In this document: one piece after another, positions 30,532 through 39,114 of the stretch | How positions within the stretch are numbered: the first letter of the stretch is position 1 | How the letters are laid out: each line of letters begins with the position of its first letter | DNA from: Christensenellaceae bacterium | GTDB lineage: Bacteria; Bacillota; Clostridia; Christensenellales; Aristaeellaceae | Direction: 5' to 3' | Length of the DNA: 64,000 nucleotides | Assembly (NCBI GenBank): GCA_012518615.1 | Contig: JAAYRU010000004.1 | Coordinates: 16,085-80,084 of the forward strand | Program-made: the position numbers and the translations under genes | Notes under the pieces: generated by a model | Told to the model about the DNA's origin: nothing | Database searches by the model: none | The model's input: the letters and a program-made list of their open reading frames with translations, nothing else

Positions 30532-32605
30532 TATTATTTTCCTCCTCAGTTTCTTCTGATTTCAGGTCATCACTGGCTTCTTCCCTTTTAGGAAATTTAG
30601 CAAGATAACCAATAAATAGCTGTACCTTTTCTTCATCGTTCAATGATGTCTCTGGAGTCCAACAAGTCTGAAGTTTATTTGCATTGTTTTCAAACAGCGA
30701 ATATAGCCATCCAGCACGCCAACTCTCTTTTCCTTCATCTTTCACGCCTTTGTAACGATAAACTTTTGCCCAATTATAGTAAGGCATCAATCTTTGTGCT
30801 AATAAATGCAAAGTCTTAATTGGTGCTTCAGTAGCAGCCGTAAACATACTTCCTCCTATTAGTTGCGGAGGAAAATCACCATTGCGTACAACTTTGCAGT
30901 ACAATGCATGAAGTTCATCTGATGCTTTCAGAAGCTGTCCATACAAGTAAGGTAGTTTTTCCATATAAGTATCCTTTCTTATGCCTTTTCGATAAAGCAA
31001 AAGCCCCATCAATGCTAACATTTTTTCGACTTTTATCCATATTGGTTGCCTATAATTGCCGGGAACTGTCTGCAATCTCCCCAAAAGCATAGCAATCACT
31101 TTCGCTTTTTCTGACAAAATATGCAAATCAGATATTGTAGACAAATTAGGTTCCATAAGCAATTCCAAACCATAATACCTTGGTACCGGTTTGAACTTTT
31201 CGGTTAGTAACTCGCCATCTTGTTTCCAAAAAGTATTAAATATGTCCGCTACATCAAGAGGAAACGGAACATCTGACTGCCCAAATGGGAATAGCGGAAT
31301 ATTAGAACAACCAATTGTCCATGCTTCACAATTTTTTTCCAATTCATAGGCATTTGTTTGGCGTGTATAAACAACTTTAGTTCGTGCGCTGTCTATTCTC
31401 CTCAAAATAAACAAGCGTATCCCATCAGCAATGGAATCTGTTCCTTCTTTTTTGCCCTTCCTAATGCTAGAAAAAAATCGTTCCGTACACGCCTGGAAAT
31501 CATCTTCATTCTGATTAGAAGAATTGAAGATATCAAGACAAGAGGTATCTATTTCCGGAAAAGATTCTACATAAGCAAAAAGAATCATTTTATCAGCTAT
31601 CGTCATCCAATATTTGTTTTCATGTTCTTTTTTTGCAATCCACTCAAGTGCAGCAGCAAACTTTGTGCGTAATTCATACGAAATAGGATAGCTATTTTCT
31701 TCAAACTGTCCATATCTGCTTTGACAAGGTTGCCCCTCAAACATTGTACGAAGACAAGCCTCAAACCCAAATAATTGAACTTTTGGCATTTTTTCCCCAA
31801 GCGGTTTGTATGAATAACCGAAAGCATCTATGGCTTTACCTTGATTAACTATAAGATTATTTTTATCAGCCTTTAATAAAGCATCATTAAAACCCTCTAC
31901 AAACTTGTTACTAACTGCTGGAGTTCCATTTTTGATTAACTCGGAAGATTCCAGTGCAACTGAGAGAGAACCGTAGTTAGTTTCTTTCTTTTTCTTTCCT
32001 GTGGAGCAGAAAAACAGTACCCTGAGAGCCAAAGCTATCTCCTCTTTACGCTTTAACATATCAAAAGCTAATTTTTCTAATTTAGAATGAAGAGATGAGG
32101 GTTCTGAAAAATAATCACTCTCTTTCATTAATGTTTCTATCGGTTGGTATGACAAACAAAGATTATTTAAACTTTCAGTAGTCTTGTTCATTGAAGTATT
32201 GTATTTTATCTTAAAATTATTATCATCCCAATTATTCAATGTACACCAAGTTTTTATCTCTTCAACATCAATATTTAGCTCATTCAATCCTTTTTCAGAA
32301 GCCGACTTAATATTCCCATATTTCTTAATTAGTTCTCTAATTTTCTTAATTATATCTTCATCATCAATTTTATATAAAGGAGCAAGATTCATGCAGGGAA
32401 ATGACCCTTGATTAGACCCGAATTTGCGCAGATGAGAAGCAAGCTCCTTTCTAACATATGAAATTGATTCTACCTCTCCAGCGTTTAGTACAATACGAAT
32501 ACACGGTGCACTTTTTGGGATTGGTTTATAATCTTTGTGCCATTCCTGTGGTGTAATGTTAGCGTTATTGATCGCTTCTGATAGCTTAGAAAGCTCATTA
32601 ATCAA
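30515..32605 (-). CDS. cas8c: Cascade large subunit (Cas8c by position; N-terminal part divergent)
   Basis: 696 aa, located between cas5 and cas7. The C-terminal helical region (YGQLLKASDELHALYCKVVRNGDFPPQLIGGSMFTAATEAPIKTLHLLAQRL) resembles the Cas8c/Cas11-like bundle. I could not match the N-terminus to Csd1 from memory. Confidence 0.6.
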   Translation of the reverse strand: MINELSKLSEAINNANITPQEWHKDYKPIPKSAPCIRIVLNAGEVESISYVRKELASHLRKFGSNQGSFPCMNLAPLYKIDDEDIIKKIRELIKKYGNIKSASEKGLNELNIDVEEIKTWCTLNNWDDNNFKIKYNTSMNKTTESLNNLCLSYQPIETLMKESDYFSEPSSLHSKLEKLAFDMLKRKEEIALALRVLFFCSTGKKKKETNYGSLSVALESSELIKNGTPAVSNKFVEGFNDALLKADKNNLIVNQGKAIDAFGYSYKPLGEKMPKVQLFGFEACLRTMFEGQPCQSRYGQFEENSYPISYELRTKFAAALEWIAKKEHENKYWMTIADKMILFAYVESFPEIDTSCLDIFNSSNQNEDDFQACTERFFSSIRKGKKEGTDSIADGIRLFILRRIDSARTKVVYTRQTNAYELEKNCEAWTIGCSNIPLFPFGQSDVPFPLDVADIFNTFWKQDGELLTEKFKPVPRYYGLELLMEPNLSTISDLHILSEKAKVIAMLLGRLQTVPGNYRQPIWIKVEKMLALMGLLLYRKGIRKDTYMEKLPYLYGQLLKASDELHALYCKVVRNGDFPPQLIGGSMFTAATEAPIKTLHLLAQRLMPYYNWAKVYRYKGVKDEGKESWRAGWLYSLFENNANKLQTCWTPETSLNDEEKVQLFIGYLAKFPKREEASDDLKSEETEEENNNERNN

Positions 32606-33270
32606 AGGAAATCACCTCGTTTCGGATACTTAAGAACCCCTTTTATAATTTGGACATTCTGATCATACATAGGATTAAATTTTGATTGATATCCATTTCC
32701 AAAAGGAGTTCGCAGCATAGAGGGGATTAATATGTCAGGGAGGTTTTCACAAACCTGTGTATCCTCTCTAAACGGTCCAAAATAAGATGCTGTAAACTCG
32801 TTCCAACCTAAGGACAGGGTTCCATAAGATTGTCCACGGTGTAAGCGGCGATTAAAAATTTCCATATAAGCATGTCCAGGAGAACTTGTTCTTTTATCCC
32901 AATTCTTTGCAGAATCTGGTAAAGAAGTCTTATTAGAATTAGGAATCACATTGGCGTATAGTCGATAACATACATCAACCAAAACAGTTGCATATAATTG
33001 ATAATTGTCGCCCTTTGTAATAGATGTAGGTTTCCTTAAAGGTCCGCCGTAATTTGTTGCATAAGAATGATAACGAGGCTTTGAGCATAGTTCTACCTTG
33101 GTTGGAACAATAACAATAGCTGGTCCCCAAAGAACACTTTCAAAAAGTGCTTTGACCGCTGAATATGTTGGTGCAGGATAACTGCATGGCGAATCGCCGC
33201 TGTCCGGTCTTGTCCACATTGCAGTATTTCCGGCTATCTCCATTTTTACTTCATATACTTTGGAGTTCAA
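32602..33270 (-). CDS. cas5: Cas5 (Cas5c/Cas5d-like, presumed crRNA-processing subunit)
   Basis: 222 aa. AMWTRPDSGDSPCSYPAPTYSAVKALFESVLWGPAI parallels the Cas5d pattern (ALFT.P.....SY.VPT.SA..GI.E.I.WKP). It is the first gene of the operon and no cas6 is present. Confidence 0.82.
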   Translation of the reverse strand: MNSKVYEVKMEIAGNTAMWTRPDSGDSPCSYPAPTYSAVKALFESVLWGPAIVIVPTKVELCSKPRYHSYATNYGGPLRKPTSITKGDNYQLYATVLVDVCYRLYANVIPNSNKTSLPDSAKNWDKRTSSPGHAYMEIFNRRLHRGQSYGTLSLGWNEFTASYFGPFREDTQVCENLPDILIPSMLRTPFGNGYQSKFNPMYDQNVQIIKGVLKYPKRGDFL

Positions 33271-33532
33271 TCAAATCTCTCCTTCTTGAGAAAATATTTT
33301 ATATCGCTCATTAGAAATAATAGTAAAATTACATCAATGTCTTTATGACGCAATTACAGCGAAAAAGTGTTATAATCATCAAAACCCACTTATTGGAGTG
33401 TACTATTTCCTTTTTTAAAAGTCAAACAGCTATGTCTTGGGTTTATGTACACTCCATGATTTTTTTTATTATGAAATCATGCAACCTCTAAAAACTCAAG
33501 CAAAGCGCGCTAATTTATGGTACAATAGTTTC

Positions 33533-33975
33533 ATGAAACAGATTGGATTTTTTGACGAGAGCAATCGCCTGAAGAAGTTAAGGAAAGCGGCTGTTATGGA
33601 GGATTTGTTCAACCTCTTCAACCGTCAGTTAGAGCAAAAGGGCATCATTTCACACAAAGGAACAATTGTGGACGCAACGTTTGTGGAAGCGCTGCGTCAG
33701 CGGAACACACGGGAAGAGAGCCGGCAGATCAAGGAAGGCAATACGCCCGAGGAATGGGATAAACCCGAAAACGTCAATAAAGCACGGCAGAAAGATACCG
33801 ATGACCGCTGGACGACAAAGAACAAGGAACGACATTTTGGCTACAAGGATCATATCAAGGTAGATGCGGACAGCGCGTATTCCGTCGGCTCTATTGCCGA
33901 TCAACTTCCCAAAGAGATAGAGAACCAAATCCATTAAAAAGGATATCGCAACAGACCGTTAAGCAAAGAATAGAG
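33533..33975 (+). pseudogene. IS5-family DDE transposase remnant (internally deleted, premature stop)
   Basis: MKQIGFFDESNRLKKL..., GTIVDATFVEA..RQRNTREE, KERHFGYKDHIKVDAD and SAYS are IS5-family blocks. They are fused with large pieces missing (about 134 aa against more than 300 expected). A TAA stands where the frame continues as KGYRNRPLSKE. Confidence 0.72.
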
Positions 33976-33988
33976 GAGGATAACAATT

Positions 33989-34699
33989 ATGGGTAAAAAC
34001 ACAAAGGGTAAATGTAGATTTTGTAACAAGGAGTTTTCAAGAGTTAGTATAATAAGGCATCTATCTTCTTGCAAAGCGAGAAAAAATGAGCTTGAATCAA
34101 ATCACGGAAAAAAAACAGGATATTATGAGCTGTTTATTACAGACAAGTATTTAAAAGATTACTGGCTGGTGATAGAAATTGATGAAACTCTAAAATTAAA
34201 AGATTTAGATCAATTTATAAGAGATATATGGGTTGAATGTTGTGGTCATTTGAGTTCATTTACTATTAACGGACAATCATATGATGTTTCACCTTCAGAA
34301 GACTATTTTTGGGGTCCTCCTCCAAAGAATATGAATATACAACTGAAAAAAATATTAAATGTAGGACAAAAATTTGAATATATGTACGATTTCGGTTCTG
34401 CTACAGAGCTGGTTTTATCAGTAAAAGGATATCGAGAAGGATATAGCCAAAAAGACAAGTTGATAATACTGGCTAGAAATAACCCTCCTGAAATAATTTG
34501 CAATTTTTGTAACAACAATTTCGCAAACTACTTTGATCCTGAAGCAGAATACTTTGATAGAAAACCATTTATATGTACTGAATGTATTGAAAATAATCAA
34601 GAAAAAATAGATTATGACGAGATTTATCTATACCCCGTGTGTAATTCCCCCCGAATGGGTGTCTGTGGGTATGAGGGTAGCACGGAATATCCTGATTAA
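33989..34699 (+). CDS. pRiA4-ORF3-like domain protein with flanking Cys-rich (zinc-finger-like) segments
   Basis: 236 aa, RBS AGAGGAGG. Central YELFITDKYLKDYWLVIEIDETLKLKDLDQFIRDIWVECCGHLSSF...FEYMYDFGSATELVLSVKG fits the PRiA4_ORF3 pattern. CRFCNKEF...C and CNFCNN...CTEC motifs are present. The gene is AT-rich. Confidence 0.65.
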   Translation: MGKNTKGKCRFCNKEFSRVSIIRHLSSCKARKNELESNHGKKTGYYELFITDKYLKDYWLVIEIDETLKLKDLDQFIRDIWVECCGHLSSFTINGQSYDVSPSEDYFWGPPPKNMNIQLKKILNVGQKFEYMYDFGSATELVLSVKGYREGYSQKDKLIILARNNPPEIICNFCNNNFANYFDPEAEYFDRKPFICTECIENNQEKIDYDEIYLYPVCNSPRMGVCGYEGSTEYPD

Positions 34700-34794
34700 T
34701 ACTAATAAACAATAAGCTTTTACAATTTTGCCCTACGCAGAAAACCTTCACCAGACTCATTAGCGCCAATCTTCCGAATTAAATTGACTCTTTA

Positions 34795-34953
34795 ATACTT
34801 ATCTCAGTTTAAAACGGCGTATAGATTGCAGCGGATTTTTTGATTTGGCAAAGCTTTAAGAAGGAAACATAGTGGCGCTATATTGACTGAGTAAAGCAAA
34901 GACAAATCGGAAAAGCTGCGCAAGATAAAGCTGATTTAGGCTGAGATAAGTAT
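34795..34953. repeat. Imperfect-palindromic intergenic element, copy A (159 bp)
   Basis: The ends ATACTTATCTCAG / CTGAGATAAGTAT are inverted complements. The central ~110 nt are about 75% identical, by hand alignment, to 48735-48840. Apical hairpin ACATAG-TGGCG-CTATAT. Confidence 0.6.
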
Positions 34954-35136
34954 AAGCGCCTGCGAGAGCTTCTTTTTGCGCTATTTCAAAGAAGCCTTTT
35001 ATCGCATTCTTGGTACAGAAAATTAGTGGTGATGAGCCTGCTTACAGTTTTCTATGCACTAGTAAGATTGAAAACGCTTATTGTTCAGTAAACCCTAATT
35101 ATACAATATATGGTTAAAGCGGTATTATATACAGCA

Positions 35137-35925
35137 TTACAGCAACTTAAGCGTGCTTCTTATATGAGAGTATACGCCCATATAGTCTGTGTTGTACCAG
35201 CCGGGGCAGCTTACATGAAGGGTGAGGAGTTTGTCGTTTACTATTGCCATATGCACCCTGCCCCTTACTATGGTGCCGTCAAACAGTACGCCGCGGTAGT
35301 TGCCGTAGTAGCCATCCTTGCCAAGCAGTGAGCGTTTGCTTGTGCCTGTGGCTTCCCAAGTTTTGTAGTTTACCTTGCCTAGGTTATCCAGCGTTGAGCG
35401 CAAATCGGTACGCACATTATTAATGCTGTAATTTTTAGTAATGGGAGCGAAAGAAAGGCTTATTTCAACCGCATAATTGTCTTTAACCAAGCCGGCGGGC
35501 TCTATTAACCTATATACATTTTCCTGAGAATCGTCTACATCGTATCCGGCGACGGATTCAAAGCTTAAGCCCAGTTTATCTGCAGTGTATTTTGCGTAGG
35601 TGAACGCAAGCGCTTGGCGCGGTGTGGGGCTTGGCATATCCACAGGGTCTATGGGTATGGGGCTTGAGCCTGCGTATATATGGACATCTGCGGCAGCAGC
35701 TTCATCACCGCCTATTATAGAGCCGGGGTCTTCTTCCGTTGAGGGGTCGTAGCCCTCGGGCAGTTCCATATCAAATTCCGGTACGGGTATCTGCGTAGGC
35801 TCCATAGGCATGGGCTGGGTTGGGGCTTCCGTTGCTTGCTCTGCCGCCTTATCCTTATTATCGCAGCCTGAAATTAGCAATGCCACCGCAAGTATTAATA
35901 TTATGATGAGGCTGTTTCTTTTCAT
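35137..35925 (-). CDS. Lipoprotein, hypothetical
   Basis: Start at MKRNSLIIILILAVALLISGC (lipobox) after GGAGGGAGAA. The track start at 36045 was rejected. No family recognised. Confidence 0.7.
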   Translation of the reverse strand: MKRNSLIIILILAVALLISGCDNKDKAAEQATEAPTQPMPMEPTQIPVPEFDMELPEGYDPSTEEDPGSIIGGDEAAAADVHIYAGSSPIPIDPVDMPSPTPRQALAFTYAKYTADKLGLSFESVAGYDVDDSQENVYRLIEPAGLVKDNYAVEISLSFAPITKNYSINNVRTDLRSTLDNLGKVNYKTWEATGTSKRSLLGKDGYYGNYRGVLFDGTIVRGRVHMAIVNDKLLTLHVSCPGWYNTDYMGVYSHIRSTLKLL

Positions 35926-36039
35926 CGTTCTCCCTCCATCTGTTCTAACTAAATCTAACACAATTGTAACAATATTGTTGCCTATCGTCAAGCCTGAATG
36001 TAAACAAACAAAAATATTAAAACTTTTTTCAAAAAAAGC

Positions 36040-36068
36040 TTGCAATTTTAATCAATTTGTAATATATT
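36040..36068 (+). promoter_or_regulatory. Candidate sigma-A promoter for the SH3/PG-binding gene
   Basis: TTGCAA-17 nt-TATATT, about 45 nt upstream of the ATG at 36111. Confidence 0.4.
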
Positions 36069-36110
36069 AATGGTGTCCGTTGTAACATCGTCAAATTAAG
36101 GAGGATTTCA

Positions 36111-37373
36111 ATGTACAAAAAAAGATTTTTTATACTTATAGTAGCTACGCTGCTTTTAGTAAGTACCGTGTTTGTGGCATATGGAGCCCAGTCTTATACT
36201 GCCAAAGTAAACGCGGATAAGGTGTTTTTCAGGATGAAGGCAAATACCGATTGTGACTATTATGCAACGCTAAACAAAGGCACTAAGGTTGCGGTACTCG
36301 GCATAAAAGGGGATTTTTACAATGTGCGCTACGATGGCAAAACGGGCTATATTATGTGCAAATTTGTGGATTTACCCTCAAGCTCTCTTAAAAAGCTGCA
36401 AAAAACAGAGGAGATTATTTCAAACAGCAAATACGCAAAGGCTAAGAATATACGCGCGCTAGGGGACGCTCCCGGCTATGTAAAATACGGCGACAGCGGG
36501 GAAGATGTTGAAAAGCTCCAAAGGGCGCTACAGCTTAAAAAATGTTACAGCGGCGTTGTGGACGGCAAATTCGGCAAGATGACAAGGGAAGCTATTGAAA
36601 ACTACCAAAAGAAGAACAAGCTTAAAGTAACAGGCAAAACCAACTATGAAACAATAAACCACCTATTTGGCAAGGTTAGCGAAACCAGCGTAGAGGATGA
36701 CCCTAAAATGAAGGGCATAACCCGCATAGGACAGATAGATGTTCCCAACACTACACGAAAGAATAACTCTGGCAAGCATGTAACTGCGCTCCAGCAGGCG
36801 CTTAAAATAAAGGGTTTTTACAGCTACCCCATAGACGGAAAGTATGGCGATAGAACGGTTGAAGCCGTAAAAGCCTTCCAAAAGAGCAGCGGGCTTACAG
36901 TTGACGGCACCGCGGGCAATGCTACAATTAAAAAGCTTTTCGGTAAAAATGCCGCTAACTACACTATTGAAACAGAAAGACTGGACTGGTTTAACGGCGG
37001 CTCAACCAGAATACCTAAAAACGCCATATTCTCTATAAAGGATATACGCTCGGGCAAGGTGTTTTCCGCGAAACGCTGGAGCGGCTACAATCACCTAGAC
37101 GCAGAGCCTCTAAACGCCAAACAAACCGCCATATTTAAGGAAGCTGTGGGCGGCGAATGGAGCTGGGATAGAAGACCTATACTTGTTAAATACAATGGGC
37201 ATGTGTACGCAGCCAGCATGAACAGTATGCCCCATGCGGACGATACTATATCCGGCAACGATTATGAAGGTCATTTCTGCATACATTTCTACAATAGCAA
37301 AACCCACGATACCAACAGGGTAGATTCGGAGCATCAAAACGCTGTGGAAACCGCTATGAGATATTCCTGGTAA
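36111..37373 (+). CDS. Secreted SH3b plus 2x peptidoglycan-binding-domain protein with an uncharacterised C-terminal domain
   Basis: Signal peptide, an SH3_3-like segment (FFRMKANTDCDYYATLNKGTKVAVLGIKGDFYNVRYDGKTGYI) and two PG_binding_1 repeats. The C-terminal ~130 aa are unassigned. Confidence 0.82.
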   Translation: MYKKRFFILIVATLLLVSTVFVAYGAQSYTAKVNADKVFFRMKANTDCDYYATLNKGTKVAVLGIKGDFYNVRYDGKTGYIMCKFVDLPSSSLKKLQKTEEIISNSKYAKAKNIRALGDAPGYVKYGDSGEDVEKLQRALQLKKCYSGVVDGKFGKMTREAIENYQKKNKLKVTGKTNYETINHLFGKVSETSVEDDPKMKGITRIGQIDVPNTTRKNNSGKHVTALQQALKIKGFYSYPIDGKYGDRTVEAVKAFQKSSGLTVDGTAGNATIKKLFGKNAANYTIETERLDWFNGGSTRIPKNAIFSIKDIRSGKVFSAKRWSGYNHLDAEPLNAKQTAIFKEAVGGEWSWDRRPILVKYNGHVYAASMNSMPHADDTISGNDYEGHFCIHFYNSKTHDTNRVDSEHQNAVETAMRYSW

Positions 37374-37430
37374 TATTAATACATCTGTATATTTATCCCC
37401 CGCCCTTTTGTGGTATAATGCCGCAAGGAG

Positions 37431-38126
37431 GTGGGGGATTTGCGTTCTTTTAAAGAGGGAATAAAAACCGCGTTACCCGTATGTATAGGCATGGTTTCGG
37501 TAGGCATATCCTTTGGGTTATCCGCATGTAATGCGGGTTTAAGCGCAATTGAGGCAACGCTTATGTCTATGATAGTAGTCGCAGGCAGCTCTCAATTTTT
37601 TGCGGTAGAGATGATAGCCAATGGCGTATCGCCACTAATTATTATTGTAGGTACTTTTTTTATTAACCTGAGGCATTTGGTTATGAGTACATATGTCATG
37701 AACCGCCTTAAGGATGAATCCCTTATTAAAAAGCTGATACTCGCTTATGTAGTATGCGATGAAAGCTTCACACTTTTTTCACTCAGCAAAAAGCAGGAGG
37801 ATTATGCTTCATTCCTTGGCGGCATGAACCTTATGCTGTATACAAGCTGGTGCTCAGGCACGCTGGCAGGGGCGCTGCTTATGAATGTAGTATCGCCAAA
37901 GCTTGCGGACGCGCTCGGCATAGCCATATACGCAGCTTTTATTTCTATGCTCATGCCAAGCCTTAAGGCAAGCCGCAAAATACTGCTAATCGTTATATTT
38001 ACAGCGCTTGTAAATGTGTTTTTATCTACAATTATGGGTAATGGGCTAAACATAATAATATCCATGCTGGCAGGCGCGTTTTTCGCAACAGCCTTGCCCG
38101 ATGAAAACAAGGGAGTAATAGCATGA
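37431..38126 (+). CDS. azlC: AzlC-family branched-chain amino acid transporter
   Basis: 231 aa polytopic protein. The N-terminus FKEGIKTALPVCIGMVSVGISFGL is AzlC-like. Non-ATG (GTG) start after AGGAGG. Followed by azlD. Confidence 0.85.
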   Translation: MGDLRSFKEGIKTALPVCIGMVSVGISFGLSACNAGLSAIEATLMSMIVVAGSSQFFAVEMIANGVSPLIIIVGTFFINLRHLVMSTYVMNRLKDESLIKKLILAYVVCDESFTLFSLSKKQEDYASFLGGMNLMLYTSWCSGTLAGALLMNVVSPKLADALGIAIYAAFISMLMPSLKASRKILLIVIFTALVNVFLSTIMGNGLNIIISMLAGAFFATALPDENKGVIA

Positions 38127-38425
38127 ATATATACCTGCTTATTTTCTTTATGATGCTAGTTACATATATACCAAGGGCGTTTCCAGCGCTTCAGAGCAAA
38201 AAAAGAAAGCTCAGCCCTTATTGGGAGCGCTTTCTTAGCTTCATTCCATATACTGCGCTTGCGGCGCTTATATTCCCGGGGATACTCGGTATAGATAGCT
38301 CAACCCCTATTGTGGGGCTGGTAGGCGGCATTGCCGCTGTAGCTGCAAGCCTTTTTAATTTTCCGGTTATACTTGTAGTAGCACTTGCAGTTATTGCGGA
38401 GATGATAGTTTATATATTTATCTAG
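38123..38425 (+). CDS. azlD: AzlD-family small membrane protein
   Basis: 100 aa with 3-4 TM segments. Start overlaps the azlC stop (ATGA). Confidence 0.8.
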   Translation: MNIYLLIFFMMLVTYIPRAFPALQSKKRKLSPYWERFLSFIPYTALAALIFPGILGIDSSTPIVGLVGGIAAVAASLFNFPVILVVALAVIAEMIVYIFI

Positions 38426-39111
38426 TCCCTTCTGCGTCTATTGCCAAGCATTATTAGGCGAACCAGATGCAATAGAGCTACTACCGCTGATGCAACATAT
38501 GTCATAGCCGCAGCGCGCAGCACTTTTTTGACGCCTTCTTCCTCTTCGCGGGACCTTAGTATATTGTTGTCATTTAGCATTTTGATAGCCCTACGGCTTG
38601 CGTCAAACTCTACTGGTAGAGTAATAAGCGAAAATAACACACCAGTTGCAAATAGAATAATTCCAATTGTAATAAGCGGCTCAAAGGAAAGCAAAAAGCC
38701 CATCATAAAAAGCGGTATGCTTAAATTTGATGTGATATTTACAACAGGCACCGACGCACTCCTAAGCTTCAAAAACGGGTAACCGTCTTTCTGCTGCATG
38801 GCGTGCCCCGCTTCATGCGCTGCTATGCCTATAGCCGCGATGCTGTTTGAGGAATACACACCATCAGACAGCCTTAGCGTGCGCTTTTTAGGGTCATAAT
38901 GGTCGCCAAGTGTGCCGCTCGTATGCTCTATAGCGACATCTTCATTGCCGGAAGAGCTAAGCATAGCCCTTGCCGCCTGCGCTGCAGTGCCGTTATAGCT
39001 TGAGGGTATTTTACCGTATTTATTAAATGCGGATTGCACGCTCGCCTGCGCCCATAGCGCAAGTATTAGCCCGGGTATTATAATTATGTAAGTAGGGTCA
39101 AAATAGAACAT
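38422..39111 (-). CDS. Zinc metallopeptidase (YugP/Zn_peptidase_2 family)
   Basis: 229 aa with a HEAGHAMQ zinc motif and N- and C-terminal TM segments. Confidence 0.85.
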   Translation of the reverse strand: MFYFDPTYIIIIPGLILALWAQASVQSAFNKYGKIPSSYNGTAAQAARAMLSSSGNEDVAIEHTSGTLGDHYDPKKRTLRLSDGVYSSNSIAAIGIAAHEAGHAMQQKDGYPFLKLRSASVPVVNITSNLSIPLFMMGFLLSFEPLITIGIILFATGVLFSLITLPVEFDASRRAIKMLNDNNILRSREEEEGVKKVLRAAAMTYVASAVVALLHLVRLIMLGNRRRRD

Positions 39112-39114
39112 CGC

